The notes: generated from the letters alone by a model not told the origin. Shown: positions 47,402-60,181, numbered from the stretch's first letter. The stretch is DNA of 64,000 nucleotides from Neoconidiobolus thromboides FSU 785 (GCA_025603075.1 MU626355.1:16788-80787); one strand, 5' to 3'. Program-made: numbers and translations.

Positions 47402-47864
47402 AATATATTTTATCATAGCTATTTAATAGTATTTGTAGCATATCCTAACTTTTTCATTTTCTCTATTTCTTTTGTATTCATAAATCATAATGTTTATAAT
47501 TAAACATGAAAAATTAATTATTATAAAAAGTTATTTTTTATTTTGTTTATTAAAATATTAAATAAGGTAAAAAAATAGAATAAGAACTTTAGATTTTATT
47601 TTTCTATTTTTCTATTTTTCTATCATTCTTATTTATTTTCTATAGTTTACTATTCATATATTATTTTCACCCTCAATTTATTAAAAGCTTTAAAAACTTA
47701 CTAAATATAGAAATATCAATAATTTAAAGTTATTTAATATAATAAAAACAATCAATTTAATTAATCGTTATGAGTGAATGTTCTGAGTATAAAATCTATA
47801 ACAGATCGTTCTTCTTTATTATATTTTTAAATAATTTAATATCAAATTTAAATATTTTATAAAC

Positions 47865-48290
47865 ATGAAATTCACTTCAACTTTAACTCTGGGAGTATTA
47901 TTAGCCTCAACAACAATTGAAGCTGTGCATATCGGTGGATGGTTTAAAAATGCATTAGGATTAATTCCAGGGTCATTAACTAAATCAAGTGGCAGTGAAG
48001 TCGATAATGCCAAGAATTTTATTAATGAATGGGATGGTAAAAAAGATATTCAAGGAAAAGAATTTCGTATGAGACATTATCGAAAGTATTATAAAAAGAA
48101 AGATCCATTTACTCCAATATTTGTTAATAATAATTCTTATCATTCCATTGCTGGTACTTATGTTCAAAGAGATTGTAATGGAAATGCTGTTGATACAAAT
48201 AAAGTGAAGGAAACTTTAAATAAATCCTTATTAGATGCTAAAATCTATGTTATTCGTTGTGGTGGTAACGTATCTACTGAATCTATGTAA
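47865..48290 (+). CDS. Small secreted protein of unknown function (141 aa, 2 Cys)
   Basis: Signal peptide MKFTSTLTLGVLLASTTIEA; uninterrupted ORF in otherwise extremely AT-rich DNA; no family recognised. Confidence 0.7.
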   Translation: MKFTSTLTLGVLLASTTIEAVHIGGWFKNALGLIPGSLTKSSGSEVDNAKNFINEWDGKKDIQGKEFRMRHYRKYYKKKDPFTPIFVNNNSYHSIAGTYVQRDCNGNAVDTNKVKETLNKSLLDAKIYVIRCGGNVSTESM

Positions 48291-48430
48291 TTCTTTTCTT
48301 TAAATAAAAATAATAAAAAATTAATTATTTAAATATAATATATAAACAAAATTTTACTTCTATTTGAATTATTTTATCTTAGTTTATTATTATTTATTAT
48401 TTATTATTATTAATATATAAAATATTAATC

Positions 48431-48787
48431 TCAACCAAATATATGTTCTTTAGCAGTTTGATTAACAGTACGATGATTTAAACCTTGTTTCAATTCGTGA
48501 AATTCATTTGTACTTTCTGTTTTATAACTAGAAGTATATTGAGTATTGGAAATATGTTGAGTACTTGAATTATATTGAGTATTTGAATTATATTGAGTAT
48601 TTGAATTGTAATGATTATTAGAATCATTAATATCTGTAACTTGATTAGACATATGGACAATAGGTGGAGGTATATAAGAAATAGAACTATTTTCTTTACT
48701 ATGATTACTTGTTTTATGACTACTCATTGTATTATACATTGTTTCTTGATAAAAATTACCTTTAGAATTATCATAATCATTGTCATA

Positions 48788-48828
<41 letters not shown>

Positions 48829-50125
48829 CAATATTAATTTGATCTGGCTCATCATTATAAGGTATACTTGGTCTTTTATAAAAATTAATTTTTTCTGTTA
48901 TATCAATTTCATAAATTGGTGATTTCAAAGCATAAAGTATAATAGCTATTACTTCAACTCCAAATCCAATAAAATGTAGTGCATGAATCTATAGTTTGTT
49001 AAATTAATAATATTATTAAATAAATATAAATATAAATATAAATATATAAGTATAAATAAAATAAAATAAAATAAAATAAAATAAAATAAAATAAAATAAA
49101 ATAAAACTTACTCTAAAAGGTGAACTACCATATAAATTCGAAACGACAATATAAAAAAATTCAATAGTAGTATAAGCTAATCCAGATAAAATAGAATTTT
49201 CACTTTTAGCTAATATAAATAAACCAATGGTACCAGTACTTCTTAATATAACTGCTAATATAAATAAAGGAGCTATAAAATAAAATAAAAGTATTAAATA
49301 CTCATAATATCAAATCAAGATCATATGAACTTACTAGTTTCTGCTGTAAACCCATCAAAATTCTCCCAAGGGTTCATCAATCCAGTATAGAATAAATTAG
49401 AAGCAATTCCATATAATCCATATAATCCCAATATTTCTTCCAAATAATATTGTCGTAAACTCGCTTCTAAAGTGATATAAGTAGCTGTATAAAATACAGG
49501 CGATATTATAGATAAAATAATCGCTCCTGCCAATGTTGATGCTTCTTTACTATTCACATAATTTCTTCCTGCAATTTGATTACCTCCAATTAATAAAGCT
49601 ACTCCTATTAAACTAGCTAAGATACCAATGTAATGGAATAATGTATATCTTGCTTTTAATACAAAATAAGTAGCTATTAATAACAAACATGGCATCATTC
49701 CTTGAAGTAACGATAATGCTAAATAACTACCAATGCCTCGAGATTGAGCGAAAGATAAATAAGCTACCAGTTCAAAGGAGATATAAATTAATACTAAGAA
49801 ATGCTTAATATAACAAATTATAATAGATTATAATAAATCACTTACCGATCCAAGATCTTTTAGTAATCATATAACCAAAATTTGTTTTGCCATGTTTGTA
49901 AAGAGTATAAGGTAAAAATAAACCAGTTAAAAATATACAAACACATAAAGAGTGAATTGTTGGTAAAGTTATTCCTCTTGCATATAATAAATCTTCTATA
50001 TATCTAACATAACCAAAACAAAATCCACATATTAAACATAAGATAACATTGATTAACATTCTTTTTCGCGGCTCCCAACCAGCTTCATATGGATATGGTT
50101 TTAAATTAAATAAAAAGTCCAACAT
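48431..50125 (-). CDS. SLC35F-like (EamA/DMT superfamily) transporter with Asn-rich C-terminal tail, multi-exon
   Basis: Many TM helices; LKARYTLFHYIGILASLIGVALL and LEEILGLYGLYG resemble SLC35F1/F2 motifs; GT-AG introns. Confidence 0.7.
49056..49106. repeat. (AAAAT)n microsatellite in an SLC35F-like intron
   Basis: Directly visible tandem units. Confidence 0.9.
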
Positions 50126-51775
50126 TATTAAGTTGTAATAGTGAAATTAGAATTAATTGAAATTAACTGTTAAATTGAAAGAATTTAAGAAATTTTACAA
50201 TTTAAATATATTAACTTAATTGGTTCTAATTGATATCATGCTTCAAGTTTTGTTCTTTTATGACTTTATTGAATCCTTGGTATTTTCTCCACTTTTTATA
50301 ATATGTTTAATTCGAATTTAACAACCACTTAACCCTTTGACTACCAGTTCTCTCAAATTTTTGGTTTGAGTAAATCATAACGTCGTTTATTTATGCTAAT
50401 TAGATCAATACCTTTTTTAAAATTCAATACTCAAAAGGTTAATTTGATTTAAACTATATAAGCAGAGTTTTATGATTTTATTTTAATTTAAAATTATGTG
50501 TAAACACAGAGTTCATCATAATTGAATTTTGATTAATAAAAATGAGTAGAGTTCTTACCCATAATACTTAAATGACTAAAGTAATTAAAGTAATTAAAAT
50601 AATACTTATAAATTCAATAGTATTCTACAATTTTAAATTTTCAAAACATTGAAATACTATATAATGAGCTTTAGTACTCTGTTAAATTATTTTTTGTTTT
50701 TTGATATTACATTAGTAAATTTACTTCTAGTTTTTTGGTTTGTATAGAATAAAATAAAATAAAATAAAATAAAATTTTAAAATAAGCATATAATAAAATC
50801 TTATTTTAAACTCTTTTTTATTTTCCCTTCTCTTTTAACTTTGCTTCAAACTTTTACTATAGTTACAAAGCTTCAAAAAATTTATTTCAGATGTATAAAA
50901 TTAACATTTGACAATTAAATTGTTACTTCAAACACTATTACTATCTTATCTCACAATATTCTTATATAAATTCTAATTAAAGTTATCAAGTAGAACTTAT
51001 TAAAATTTAAGGTAAAGCTGATATACCAAAATCTAAAGCACTTCCTACTAATCACTTAGTTTTACTATTTATCTATTTCATTTTCCTTTTTTATTATGAT
51101 TTAGTTTATCATTGAATTTTTCTTATTCTTAACAGTAAACATATAGGAGCTATACACTTTTAGAGTTTATTTTAAAACTTAAACTTGGTCCAAATTACAA
51201 ATTAATTTAAATAAATATTAATGCCTTTAGTGACTTATTTTTTAATCTTAATAACCCAAGAAATGAAAGTTGAATGCATTTCAGAAAGTGATATAAGGAA
51301 GATTATAAATATCCTCATTAACTTTGATGATGTATATGCTAAATATAAATAGAAAATATAATAAAATAATGCATTTTATATGTATAGAAAGTATATAAGC
51401 AGTTGAACCTCTTTCTCTGGATCTCTCTTTATTGAGATTTATTTATTTATTTGAAATTAAAGATACTTTTAAACTTCATTAGTTTAATTAATTTAATCCA
51501 AAGTATTAATTTTACCTTACTTTTATTTAAAAAGATTTTCAAACTTTCCATCGTTATTACTCAAGCATTGGACTCACTTTGTCTTACCTTATGTCAGCTT
51601 ATCAGTTGGTACATCATTGGGCTTAAGGACTTCAAAGCCCTTGGAACTTTCATTTACAAATCTGTTATAAATAGAATTTAGTTTCAATTAAGAAATAAGT
51701 CGAAAAAATACCAAAAATGTTTGTAATAATTATTTTATTAAATTAATATGCAAATTAAACTAACTTCTTAATTAA

Positions 51776-52687
51776 CTACCAAAATTTAATACGATTATAA
51801 GACTTCTTCACTTCATTTGCAATACCAGAATGTAATATTAAAAAAAAGCATGAGTTTGCTATTATACCAATAAAAAATAAAAATTCGCCCAATTGATTCA
51901 TAATGAGTATAACCGGATTAACATGACCATAGATATAATGAAATATACCATTTAATAAATGGAACAAAAAGGAACCAAACATACAAGTAGTATAAACAAT
52001 TAAGACAGTATTTAGTCTAATAAATATCTTTTTATACTTGGATCTTCTATTGCTCTCAGATGGATTTAAATTTGAATTTAATTCAAGCTCAACAAACTTA
52101 TCCATATCTAGTATATTTTTAGCTAATTTATAATAGCAATATGAGATAATTGCTATTCCTAATAAGAAGCTAAATACTAAATAAAAATAAGTAACTGGTC
52201 CAATAATTGAATTTAATACAGAATGTACACAAATTAATTTAGTAGCTGATGGTACCATTAGATGCTGTGTTACACTGTAAGTTGCTAATCCAATAAAGAT
52301 CAACCCATTCAAATGAATTGAAAGGTATATGTATTTTGATATTTTAATCTTAGATACTACACATAACCTTTCCAGGGCTAAAAATACGTTAATTTGAATT
52401 TCATAATAATAAGCACATGTTACAATAAACCCGAGTATTTGACAACCCAAATCAATATCTATTAAATTTATACCAACTACATAATAATGAATACGACTAA
52501 TTAATGTTGTAAAAGGTATGAGATATTCTACGAAGGCTATTGCCATTATCAATTTTAGATCTTTTGCTAATGGCTTAGGCTTAACTCGTGAACACATTAA
52601 AATTAAAAATGTATTTATACATACAGAAAGGATTCCTAAAACTTTACCGAAATAATTAAAATTAAAGAGGCGATCATTCTCATCCAT
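51776..52687 (-). CDS. Intronless class-A-like 7TM receptor, paralog 6
   Basis: 303 aa; CQILGF, FLALERLC, CYYKL, GIIANSCFF. Confidence 0.8.
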   Translation of the reverse strand: MDENDRLFNFNYFGKVLGILSVCINTFLILMCSRVKPKPLAKDLKLIMAIAFVEYLIPFTTLISRIHYYVVGINLIDIDLGCQILGFIVTCAYYYEIQINVFLALERLCVVSKIKISKYIYLSIHLNGLIFIGLATYSVTQHLMVPSATKLICVHSVLNSIIGPVTYFYLVFSFLLGIAIISYCYYKLAKNILDMDKFVELELNSNLNPSESNRRSKYKKIFIRLNTVLIVYTTCMFGSFLFHLLNGIFHYIYGHVNPVILIMNQLGEFLFFIGIIANSCFFLILHSGIANEVKKSYNRIKFW

Positions 52688-55055
52688 TTGAATACAATAT
52701 AATATTAAGTTTTATAAAATTTTATAAAAGTACAAAGGTAAAAGCATTCGTTTTTATAGTTATTAATTGTCACTAAAATATTATAAAACAATTATGTTAT
52801 ATTATTTATATCTTTAAAGTACCCAAAAAATTAACTATAGAATTATTGTTCCGTTAAATTTTAAATTATTTTTACTTAAATAAATTACTTATAAGTAAGT
52901 ATAGTAAAACGATCAAAAATTCAGTTGATTTTAGTAATAATGTATGGTTTGAAGATAATAACATTTAAGGTTTGATACTATTATCCACAATAACAACTTA
53001 TTTTAAATAAGGGTAAATCAAAGTAGAGGACTGATTTAAAAGAAAGTACCAATAAACTTAAAACAAATCTCAATTTTAAAAAATGTTTAAGAGGAGAGCG
53101 GCATTTAAGCAGATGGTAAATTTAAGTAAATATTCTAACTAAATCAATAATTTAATTAAATCTATATTTTATTTTTGTTTTTAATATTTTATTAATTAGT
53201 GGTTAATAGCATATTAAAGGATACGAGTATGTAGTATATTTACAATGGTTTAATTATATACTAATTTTCAAAATTGGTCTAGATGATAAATGATTATATT
53301 TAAAGCTAAGTAAATAGAAATAATAGAAACAAAATTTAGTTGCTCTAATCAAAATTAGATTTTATTTATATAATTAAATGTTCCAAAATTTTACTTTTTT
53401 ATACTAAAAAGAAAAATATTGTTTTAATAATAATATTTTTTGTTTAAATTTGAGTTGATTTTGTTTAAAAGACAATAATTTCAGAATCTTATTTTACATT
53501 ATTACTTTTGCTTACAATTTTTTTAATCTTAAACTTAAAAAAGGGTAAGTGATTTATTAAATTCCAACAGTTTATAAAAAAGATTAAGTGGTCATTTAGA
53601 AAATGCCTCAATGCCATAAATATTCTTGCTTTAGCTTTTAATAGTTTACTAAATAACATTAATTTATACAATGCATTATTCAAAGTAAAGATGAAAGTCC
53701 AAAAAGTCAATCATTGTGTCCCTTACTATACACCCACAATGGGAGCGATACACAGTTTATAAGACTGAATCAATAAAATAGGTCAATATAATCATTATTA
53801 ATAAAAATCGTTTATTAAGTAAATCCATTTCAAAAACTACTATATAGTTGAATTGTAAAAATAGTATATTTTATTTTATTTTATTTATACGCTTTAAACT
53901 GAGATATAATATCAATAGATTATACTCTAATCTATCCTTAAAAAAAGGGATATTTGAGAAATTAAAAATACAAGATTCAAAAACTTATCAGATAAAATCA
54001 ACATTGAATCTAATTATTGTTTGAACATCCCTGACTAGATTATCATTAAGTTGTTTGATTCTATTTTTCAAATATTTGTCTCTTTATAATATTCAACATT
54101 TATTACATCTTTAGTGAATGTTTCATTAAACAAATCGATCTTATTATATCTTACAGAACATTTTGATTTGACATTTAATGTTATTGAGATCTTTGTAATA
54201 TTTAATTCTCATTATCAATTTTAATCTTTAAAATAATATCAAAATTACTAAGTTTAAGTAAACAGCTGACTTGATTAAAAGATTTGATTATTATTTATAC
54301 ACATAATTATTATGATATATGGTAGTTATGGTGATATTCAGTAAAGGGCAATGATAAAGAATAAAAAGTTCCTTCCTTAGTATATTGTTATAGAACTTGA
54401 CTACAGAATTCTGATTAATTGTATCATTTTCTAATAAAATTAAAATATCTATTGGAAATTACTTGTACTATTAGCCTATCTTTTACATTCAAATTAAAAT
54501 ATTTTCATGTAAACTCAAGGTATACTTTATTATTACAATATTTATTAAAATTTTATTTATTTTTCAAAACCTGATATAAATATTCTAATTTGGACTTTAA
54601 TTTTAGTATCATAATTGAAGTCATACCCTGTTTAGAATGGTTTTATATCAAATCTGTATTATTTTTTATCTATTTCTAAAATATAACTAGTCAGTAATAG
54701 AGTAAAAATTCAACTAAGTATTTATGAATCTGGTTATTTTTTTTACAAGGATCACACTATATCATTTTCACTTAACTAACTTTGAAATGTGTCTAGATAC
54801 TTGTTAAATTCCGGTTTGATAAGTTTTAATAAACTGTTTTGTCTAATTTATATTCAGAAGATTTTAAAACTAAAATATTTTGGAGATTAAAAATAAGATA
54901 AGCTTAATGAAGATGATGTAGAATTACTACATCAAACTTGCATTTTATTTGTGAATATTAGTACTAAATTATTTAATTATTATTAGAGATCAATGATAAA
55001 TGAGTTCAACCTAATGACTCAAAATAAATCAAAACATTTAAAAAGAAACCACTTA

Positions 55056-55797
55056 ATCAGATAAAAGTAGTAAAAAGAAGATTGAAAAATAAGCATAATA
55101 TTGTTTCAAATAATGATTTATACAAATATATTATTTATAGCATCTAATTATTGAATAATGTCCTTTATTAAATTTAAGATAATCTTGATATAGCTTTATC
55201 TGATTTGAAATTTAAATGACAACTTATTTTGATGAGATAACTTTATGGGCTAAATTTGATTGGAGATAACCTGACTTAAACACTTGTCATGTGGATAAGA
55301 TTATTTAGTACCTAATTAAAGTTATCACGTTAAAATATATAATTTTAATTATTAACCCACTTAATAATAATTAATTAATGTATGTACAATATTTTCTTAT
55401 TATTTCTATCATTTAGCTTTTATTATACGTTTAATATTGTATATAAACTATATGATTATAAATTATTGCCTATCTTAGATTATCATTAATCAGATAATTC
55501 GATGGAATTATTATTTTCTATATCAGTAATATAATTGTAATTTAATTGGACCATAGTCTAATTTATCAGATTGAAGATTTTATAATCACAAAATATAACT
55601 TTACATAACAAATTAAATAGAAGTTAACGATATTTTTAGTAAACAATTGGATTAAGCTTATCACTTCAACTTTTGAATAGGCTTTGATCTGATTTTTATC
55701 ACTAGTATGTCTATATATAGATGTTAAATCAGATAATAAAATCCAATTTGTTTATTAAATCAGATCAATATTATAAATTTAGAATAGGATCAGATAA
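55056..55797. promoter_or_regulatory. Cluster of ATCWGATAA sites (SreA/Sre1-type operator) upstream of the GATA factor
   Basis: Perfect sites at 55056, 55196 (rc), 55489, 55563 (rc), 55728 and 55789, plus one at 53987; near-matches at ~55687 and ~55759. Confidence 0.75.
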
Positions 55798-55978
55798 TTT
55801 TGATTTTAAATTTTAATTTTAGCTTATTATTCCAATCAAATAGAGATATATAAATAACCCACTTTACCACCCATTGAAACAAAAATTTATCTCTTTTTTC
55901 TATTTTGAAATTTTAATTTATAACTGTTTTTTTACCTGATTGTGTTTATTTTAACCTTATATCTCCTTATTTATCATT

Positions 55979-57190
55979 ATGCCTTTAAACGAATTAGCTA
56001 CTTTTGCTTCATTGATGGATCCATTACCAACCAACCACGAATTAAATCAATCTAAAGACTCAACTTCGTGTCGTCAATCCGACAAAGTTCACAAAACTTC
56101 TAATAAGCGTAAATTGAATTCAACTAAAGGACTAACTGCTACTTTATGCTCTAACTGCGGTACTACTAATACTCCACTATGGAGAAGAGGTGCCAATGGA
56201 GAACCATTATGTAATGCTTGTGGCCTTTATCATAAATCAAGAAATGCCAACCGCCCTATACCACAACGTAAATCTAATAAAAAAACTTGTTCTCCACCTT
56301 CCCAATCTCATGGAACATGTGCTGGAGATGGTCATTGTAATGGTACTGGAGGTTCAAGTGCTTGCTCTGGCTGTCCAGCTTTTAATCAACGTTCACGACC
56401 ATCTTATATTTGCGCTAATTGTGATGCAACTACAACTCCATTATGGCGTCGTGATGAACGTGGTAGTACTATTTGTAATGCTTGTGGGTTATATTATAAA
56501 ATGCATGGCTCGCATCGCCCAATTTATATGAAAAGAACGACTATTAAACGTCGTAAAAGATTAACTAATATTCAAGAAAACGAAATAGAAGGTGAGATAT
56601 ATGATGAAACTTCAACCATTCGTTCAAGTTCAACTCCACATCCTAAAGTTGGTACGATTGTACGTCGTTCAACGACACCATTAGTTAGAAGCAAAAGGGC
56701 TGAAGTCCCAGCTATTGAGGATTGTTTTACTTCAAAAACAAATGTAAATAAAAATGCAAATGATCTTCCAAAGCTTATACTTGATCTTTCTGATGATCCA
56801 TTAGTTCAAAGTGATCATCCTCGCTCCCCTCGTTTCAGTATGTCAAATGGATCCATTCCACATCCAAGTCCACGATTAAATAGCTTTTCTTCCTTATCTC
56901 CTAAATTTCAAAGGGATTCTCATTATGATATTGAAAGTAATTCTGCTTATTTAAGAGAAGCTTTACTTGCACCAATCCAAAAAAGACAAATTAATAACCA
57001 ATTTAACTTACCCCCTATTTCAGAAATTTGTAGAAAGGAACCATATTATAATAATCAATTAGACCATTCTACTCTCCTTCAACATCGTGATGAATTACAA
57101 AGAGAAATGAATAACATTCATTCCCTTTTAAACAATACCAATGCTATCTTATCTTCTTTAAACAAAATGATTGATGGTAAACAATTATAA
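55979..57190 (+). CDS. sreA: Iron-responsive GATA transcription factor (SreA/URBS1/Fep1 type)
   Basis: Two GATA fingers ([14 protein letters not shown]...CNAC; [14 protein letters not shown]...CNAC) flanking a four-Cys motif [22 protein letters not shown]; C-terminal coiled coil. Confidence 0.92.
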   Translation: MPLNELATFASLMDPLPTNHELNQSKDSTSCRQSDKVHKTSNKRKLNSTKGLTATLCSNCGTTNTPLWRRGANGEPLCNACGLYHKSRNANRPIPQRKSNKKTCSPPSQSHGTCAGDGHCNGTGGSSACSGCPAFNQRSRPSYICANCDATTTPLWRRDERGSTICNACGLYYKMHGSHRPIYMKRTTIKRRKRLTNIQENEIEGEIYDETSTIRSSSTPHPKVGTIVRRSTTPLVRSKRAEVPAIEDCFTSKTNVNKNANDLPKLILDLSDDPLVQSDHPRSPRFSMSNGSIPHPSPRLNSFSSLSPKFQRDSHYDIESNSAYLREALLAPIQKRQINNQFNLPPISEICRKEPYYNNQLDHSTLLQHRDELQREMNNIHSLLNNTNAILSSLNKMIDGKQL

Positions 57191-57513
57191 TGTTCATATT
57201 TCTTTTCTTTAAATAAATCCTTTAAATTACATTATGTTGTCTTATTGTCAATTTGTTAATAACCTTATTACCTTTTATCAATAATGTTAAAAATAAGGAT
57301 TTGATTACAAATACACTACATAAGTTTGTTTTAAATTTGAGTCTAGATTTTAACCAAAGTTATAATTCTAAATTCCATTTTATTTAAGTCAAAGTTAATT
57401 CAGTTTAATTTTTTAATGAACAGATTGCTAGGTTTAGAATACTTTACAGTTTGATGAGTTTGATGCCCTTTGTTTTTAATTTAGGGTTGATAAATTTTAC
57501 TATGAATTTAAAT

Positions 57514-57620
57514 ATATGGGGATGTTTTTTTTGAGTTCATTACTTTTTGCACCTTTTAAGTGCTATTTGAGTGGAAAAATTGCTAGTAAAATTCTTAAAT
57601 ACAAAAACACATCCCCATAT
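57514..57620 (+). mobile_element. MITE-like repeat, copy 10 (best-preserved TIRs)
   Basis: TA|TATGGGGATGT...ACATCCCCATA|TA: perfect 11-bp inverted ends with flanking TA. Confidence 0.82.
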
Positions 57621-57866
57621 ATAAAAATTTGCTATCAAACTTATAATAAAGAAACCTGACTACAAAAGTAAAAACAACAAAAGGCATCTAGTTGTAAGCT
57701 GTTATAATAAAGTTCTATCTCATTTATTCCAAGTTTATTATATTATATCTCTAATCTTATAAATAATCAAATGTACAATTTACTTTCACAAATGTGGTGG
57801 GTATTTCCAAAGTTTTTTAAATATCTATAATTAGTTCTTTTAGTACCTCTATGTTCTTTATTAGCT

Positions 57867-57967
57867 TGAGGATGTATTTTTGTGTTTAAGAATTTTACTA
57901 GCAATATTTCCGCTCAAATAGTGCTTAAAAGATAGAAAAAACCAATGAACTCAAAAAAAATATTCCC
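57867..57967 (-). mobile_element. MITE-like repeat, copy 11
   Basis: TGAGGATGTATTTT...CAAATAGTGCTTAA...TATTCCC; inverted relative to copy 10. Confidence 0.7.
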
Positions 57968-58438
57968 GCTTGATGTACATACTAAACAAAAAGGAATAAA
58001 AAATCGAATTCAGTTTTTTTAATTAGTGTTGTAATATGTTATTTCTAATATGACCACGCTTCAATATGATGTCCAATTTAGGTAGTGTAAGTTTAATAAG
58101 TGGTTAAAAACTTTCACTTAAATAACAAATTAACTACTTTGCCGTTAGATAATCTTAAGTTATTCTTGGAATTAAATTGTTTTACATTCAATGTAACATT
58201 ATTTATTACTCTATAGATTAAAAGCTATACATCAAGATGCTTGGCATTGTTACTTGTCTGTAATTTTTTGCAATAATATATTGGTTATAATATTTCCACT
58301 ATTCTTATTATTAACTTTACTTTACCCGAAAGTTATAGAAAAATTAGAAAATAAAAGAGTGATATAAATATGTCTTTATTATTTATCAAAAAACCGCTCT
58401 AGATAAAATATTGTACAGCATTCGATTAAATGAACGAT

Positions 58439-59407
58439 CTAATTTATTTTGTCTATTTTATTTTTCCAACTACCTGAAAATAAATGCTGGACTTTAGTTT
58501 CTGGATGATAGTATCTTGATCCTTTAAATCCTTCTGTTGGTAATATATATATATCTTTATACAGCCTTGGTCTCTGAATATTAAATTTTGTAACATCAGT
58601 AATATTAAGATAATCAAGAATAGCATCGGACCAAATCCCAGGTCCTGTCCAATCTAAAACATCACAATCACTTCGATTCCTCTTTACAATCATTTTTGGA
58701 GTAATATCTTTAATTCTATTAATAACGTTCCATAGTATTGGATGTCCTTTAACTGATGAAAAAGTCCATTGAATAAATTGGACTCCTCTTGCATAGTCAT
58801 TAGGCTTTTCACATTTAAAATTAATATCTGCATTATAAGCTTCAATTGAAATAATCATATTTACGCCTGGGGCTCTATTGTTCCATGTATCAATCGGAGT
58901 AACGCATAAAGTGTCTGTATCCGTATAAGTACCACCATATAAATACAAAGCAATATACCTAAAGTAATCTGCTTTAAGTACAGGTATTGGGAGAGATTTA
59001 AAGGCATCGTAAATATCCTTTGGCATATTTATGCGTACAATATTATCAATTTCAACATCATTATAAATCTTTATTTTATAGAATGGGTTGTGGGTCCTCC
59101 ATGAGACTAAAATACCATAATCAACATCTTTTCTATCTCGCGCTGTCATGTAAATTGACTTTGGCATTTGCATTTTTCTATCTGTTAATCTGGCTTTCCT
59201 TGGTTTTATATTTAATCTTTTTGCTGAGTTCTGATTAAGTACCATTTCTCTTTTAATTATTTGCTTGGGTTGTTCAGTTTTAAACAGTTGATTATTTAAT
59301 GTCTGTTTCATTTTCTCTTCTGAAACTATTAAAGTAATTGATATTATAGTAATAATTACAAGGGTGATAATTATACTAAAAGGTCTGAATCTGCCACTTA
59401 AAACCAT
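58439..59407 (-). CDS. GT32 glycosyltransferase, OCH1-like alpha-1,6-mannosyltransferase (type II membrane)
   Basis: N-terminal TM anchor; MPKSIYMT; LKADYFRYIALYLYGGTYTDTD (DXD); QFIQWT; WTGPGIWSDAI; VQHLFSGSWK. Confidence 0.88.
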   Translation of the reverse strand: MVLSGRFRPFSIIITLVIITIISITLIVSEEKMKQTLNNQLFKTEQPKQIIKREMVLNQNSAKRLNIKPRKARLTDRKMQMPKSIYMTARDRKDVDYGILVSWRTHNPFYKIKIYNDVEIDNIVRINMPKDIYDAFKSLPIPVLKADYFRYIALYLYGGTYTDTDTLCVTPIDTWNNRAPGVNMIISIEAYNADINFKCEKPNDYARGVQFIQWTFSSVKGHPILWNVINRIKDITPKMIVKRNRSDCDVLDWTGPGIWSDAILDYLNITDVTKFNIQRPRLYKDIYILPTEGFKGSRYYHPETKVQHLFSGSWKNKIDKIN

Positions 59408-59826
59408 GATAGTTTTATATTAAAAATAATTTTTTATAAAATTAAAATCAAATGTTTTTATATTACTTGCAATCTAGCTCTATTTATTACAAAATCATGG
59501 AACAATTACAATATACCTAAATGGTAAACAAATATAGGGATAAAGATAGTACAATTATTAGATAAGAGTTATATTCTTATATTATTTACAAAGATATAAC
59601 TGACACAAAGGCAATTGTTCTAATATTTTTTTTAATTTTTAAGAATATTTAATTTAAAGCTGCTTATTTTCATCAACTTGCTTAAAACGGGGTATTGCAA
59701 TGTTCTATTGTATTAGATAATTTCACTATTTAATATATTAGTTTTTGAGTTCCTATCCAACTTATTTTAATTAATAAAATGGTTATTGCTAATTTTACAT
59801 TTTATTACTATTATTAAATTATAGGC

Positions 59827-59930
59827 TATGGGAGTGTATTTTCTTGTTCAAGAATTTTACTAACAATTACTCTACTTAAATAGTGTTTAAAAAATGGAAA
59901 AAGTGACAAAACTAAAAACATACAGATATT
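59827..59930 (-). mobile_element. MITE-like repeat, copy 12 (decayed)
   Basis: TATGGGAGTGTATT...CTTAAATAGTGTTTAA... Confidence 0.6.
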
Positions 59931-60078
59931 TGATCAATCATAAAATTAATTTAATCAAAGTATTTTATAAATGTTTAAATTTAATTGTAAAGGAACTAAT
60001 CGTTTATTATTAACTTAAACTTTCGATATAAATTTAGTTAAAACCTGAGGATTATACTTCAAAAGACTGAACAAACAA

Positions 60079-60181
60079 ATGGGGATGTATTTTGTATTTA
60101 AGAATTTTACTAATACATTTTCCACTCAAATAGCGCTTAAAAATGGAAAAAGTAATGAAGTCAAAAAAACACTCCAAATAT
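60079..60181 (-). mobile_element. MITE-like repeat, copy 13
   Basis: ATGGGGATGTAT...CCACTCAAATAGCGCTTAA...ACACTCCAAATAT. Confidence 0.75.

Noticed and set aside
56190-56531. 113-aa overlapping ORF in the GATA factor
   Set aside because: Alternative frame of a conserved zinc-finger region with no independent evidence.
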